The notes below the pieces were generated by a model, which was given only the letters and a program-made list of their open reading frames with translations, had not been told where the DNA came from and did not search any database. From an uncultured delta proteobacterium (GTDB lineage: Bacteria; Desulfobacterota; Binatia; UBA9968): DNA of 64,000 nt. Where the stretch lies: assembly GCA_963816145.1 (NCBI GenBank), contig CAWFJP010000003.1, positions 288,001 through 352,000 of the forward strand, read 5' to 3'. Shown in pieces: positions 62,032 to 64,000 of the stretch. The stretch's first letter is position 1; every line of letters begins with the position of its first letter. The translations under genes were made by a program, and so were the position numbers.

Positions 62032-62300
62032 TTAGCGGAGATTAATTGCTTCTTTCCAAATCTTTTCGTACTTTTTCCAATCCTTTATCTCTTCAGTGCC
62101 GATGGGGTAAATTTTCGCTGGACGAATTTTGATCTGTGCCAGGGTGCCGTAAAAATTGAGCGTGCTTTCCTCTTTGAGGGCTCTTTGATAAAGCTCGTCC
62201 AGAGTTTCGCTGCGAGCTCCCGGTATCATGCCGAGCAGAAATAGCGTGATCAATCCTACGAATTTAACGGTAAGGTACACACTTTTCGCATTTCGATCAT
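62032..62300 (-). pseudogene. Internally deleted SBP paralog remnant
   Basis: Signal + ETLDELYQRALKEESTLNFYGTLAQI fused directly to KIRPAKIYPIGTEEIKDWKKYEKIWKE; likely ATG at 62300 is out of frame. Confidence 0.8.
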
Positions 62301-62330
62301 AAAACCTATTCTCGCGACAGTCAGCACAAT

Positions 62331-62368
62331 GTGGCGAGCGCTGTTCTCGATTCCAGCGCTCGCGCTAC
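62331..62368 (-). repeat. GTAG-type REP-like hairpin
   Basis: Minus strand GTAGC-GCGAGCGCTG-GAATCGAGAA-CAGCGCTCGC. Confidence 0.45.
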
Positions 62369-62423
62369 AGATTGACTCATTCCGTTCAAGCGCCCAGTTC
62401 AAGATGCCAAGAGCGAACGAAAT

Positions 62424-63443
62424 CTACCGGAGCTTAAATGTCTCCTTCCAGACCGTCTCATATTTTTTCCAATCCTTGATTTCCGCGGTGCCGATCGGGT
62501 AGAGCGTCGCCGGGCGAATTTTTTCGACCGGCTCGACCTTAGGATGCGGCGGTAGGCGACCGCCTGCCGCATAGGCTTTTTGCCCTTCTTCACTGGCGGA
62601 CCAGCGATAGAACAGCTGGGCCCCGTTGGGATGGGGAGCGTCTTTGGCCAAGGCATCGGCGGTGATCGTGGCGATGCCTTCGGTGAGCATAAATCCGAGC
62701 GGCGCGCCCTTTCTGATTCGCGATGGATAGTGATGCGCATAACATGTCACGCAGGCGGCAGCTTGGCCAGCGACGAGGAATTCAGCAAGCTCGGAATGCC
62801 CTTTGTGGAATTCAATATTGTTGGCTGCGAGCCGGCGCAGAAAGTCAAAAGCTTTTTCATCGCTCTTAAACTTATGGCGGGCCAAACCTATCAGCAATTC
62901 GACATCGCGCGGCTCGGCGATCAACTTACCCTTCCATTTCGGATCCGCGAGGTCATCGAACTGCTTGGGCTCGTCTTCTTTTTTCACCAAGTTGGTGTTC
63001 CACGACGCGGTAATGATCACCATGTCCGCGGCCAACCAATTTGAGCTCTTAAGATTGGCCGGGTAAGCGGCGGCTTCCGGCGGCAGCCAGTCAACCGTCA
63101 ACTTCTGGTCGATCACCTGGAGGACATTCTCAAGCGCCATTTGAAACACGTCGGCAAACACCCGCCCGCCGCGCGCCTCCGTGATCGCTCTGGCCGCCAG
63201 TTTGTCCGCTGTGGCGTCGATGTGATTGACCTTCATGCCGGGAAACCGCTTCTCGAAAACAGGCAGAATTCTTTCCGCATTGATCTGCGCCAGAGTGCCG
63301 TAGAAATTGACGGTCCCGCCTTCTTTGAGGGCTTTCTTGTGAAGTTCGTCGAGCGTTTCAGTTTGCGCTGCAAAACCAGAAGGAATAAACCCAAAGAAAA
63401 TTAAAATTAAAACCCACAATTTGATGCCTTTTGTCATTGCCAT
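62424..63443 (-). CDS. Extracellular solute-binding protein (CxxCxxHH subfamily)
   Basis: AAGGAGG RBS before ATG 63443; CVTCYAHHY; paralog of the two downstream SBPs. Confidence 0.88.
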   Translation of the reverse strand: MAMTKGIKLWVLILIFFGFIPSGFAAQTETLDELHKKALKEGGTVNFYGTLAQINAERILPVFEKRFPGMKVNHIDATADKLAARAITEARGGRVFADVFQMALENVLQVIDQKLTVDWLPPEAAAYPANLKSSNWLAADMVIITASWNTNLVKKEDEPKQFDDLADPKWKGKLIAEPRDVELLIGLARHKFKSDEKAFDFLRRLAANNIEFHKGHSELAEFLVAGQAAACVTCYAHHYPSRIRKGAPLGFMLTEGIATITADALAKDAPHPNGAQLFYRWSASEEGQKAYAAGGRLPPHPKVEPVEKIRPATLYPIGTAEIKDWKKYETVWKETFKLR

Positions 63444-63475
63444 AACCCCTCCTTGTTCTCTTCCGTTCAACTCGA

Positions 63476-64000
63476 TTATTTTTTGGCCGGCGTCTTTAAC
63501 ACGGTCTGCAATTTGTTCTTCAAATCGTTGGGCATGCCGAGAAACTCGGTGACCAGCTTGGTGATGGTACTGCCGATCAACGGATCGATTTCCAGGCGGC
63601 CCTTGTCAGCATCGGCGATCAGTTCCTTGTCTTTGAACACTTTGGCAAACGCGCTTTCGAGCGCCGCGGCTCGGTCGGGCACTGTCCCTGGAGGCAAGAG
63701 GTAGACTTTGCCGAAGTCGTTGGGCGTGCTGGTGCCGTACTTGAGCAGCAATCGCTGTTCTTCCGAGCGAGCAATCTTCTGGATGGTCGGCACGTTGGGG
63801 ATGATCAAATCTTTCATCGGGGTTTCGGTGAGTTGAGCCAAAATCACCCATTCGCCGCTTCTGACTTTATCCATGGACGTCACTTTCGAAGATGTCCAAG
63901 TGTTGAAGAAGCCGTCAACCTCGCCGCTGTCCAACGCCAAGCGCACATCAGCGGTGCCCTTGTAGCCGGAAACCACCTTGAGATTGGTATTGAGGACTTC
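63476..64000 (-). CDS. Bug/TctC-family (tripartite tricarboxylate transporter) solute receptor, 5'-truncated
   Basis: LKVVSGYKGTADVRLAL..GEVDG, PPGT..DR...L..AF, DKEL.ADA.K..LEI.P..G; frame open to window end. Confidence 0.85.
   Translation of the reverse strand, partial: EVLNTNLKVVSGYKGTADVRLALDSGEVDGFFNTWTSSKVTSMDKVRSGEWVILAQLTETPMKDLIIPNVPTIQKIARSEEQRLLLKYGTSTPNDFGKVYLLPPGTVPDRAAALESAFAKVFKDKELIADADKGRLEIDPLIGSTITKLVTEFLGMPNDLKNKLQTVLKTPAKK

Noticed and set aside
1-64000. Alternative genetic code with TGA reassigned
   Set aside because: TGA cleanly terminates many genes at their expected ends (1179, 1859, nthA, the MoxR ATPase), including TGATG couplings.

Overview
A 64-kb, moderately GC-rich bacterial chromosomal segment packed with catabolic and transport genes. 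The gene content and intergenic repeat style resemble Candidatus Binatia/Deltaproteobacteria-like genomes (inference). It carries three UbiD-family decarboxylases, four amidohydrolases, three luciferase-like (LLM) oxidoreductases, hydantoinase A/B, a cobalt-type nitrile hydratase operon, an HpaB-family hydroxylase, a pair of acyl-CoA dehydrogenases, a pair of phytoene-dehydrogenase-like flavoproteins, a lone xanthine-dehydrogenase-family Mo subunit, a sulfatase, a MoxR/RavA-VWA pair, a membrane-anchored TIR protein, a REP-associated tyrosine transposase and about ten solute-binding proteins with two FbpB-type permeases and one ATPase. About ten genes are broken by single-base indels, most likely long-read errors. 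The strongest novelty candidate is a secreted DUF411/CopG-family protein (5396..5863, minus strand) with an in-frame TGA exactly at the first Cys of the conserved CxCC motif (TPT-U-DCC), a putative selenocysteine copper-resistance protein missed by the ORF track. Other highlights: a ~190-nt multi-stem non-coding element (37578..37770), a palindromic repeat inserted in frame in a signal peptide, a CxxCxxHH-bearing SBP family, and several intergenic palindrome families. No rRNA, tRNA or CRISPR array was seen.
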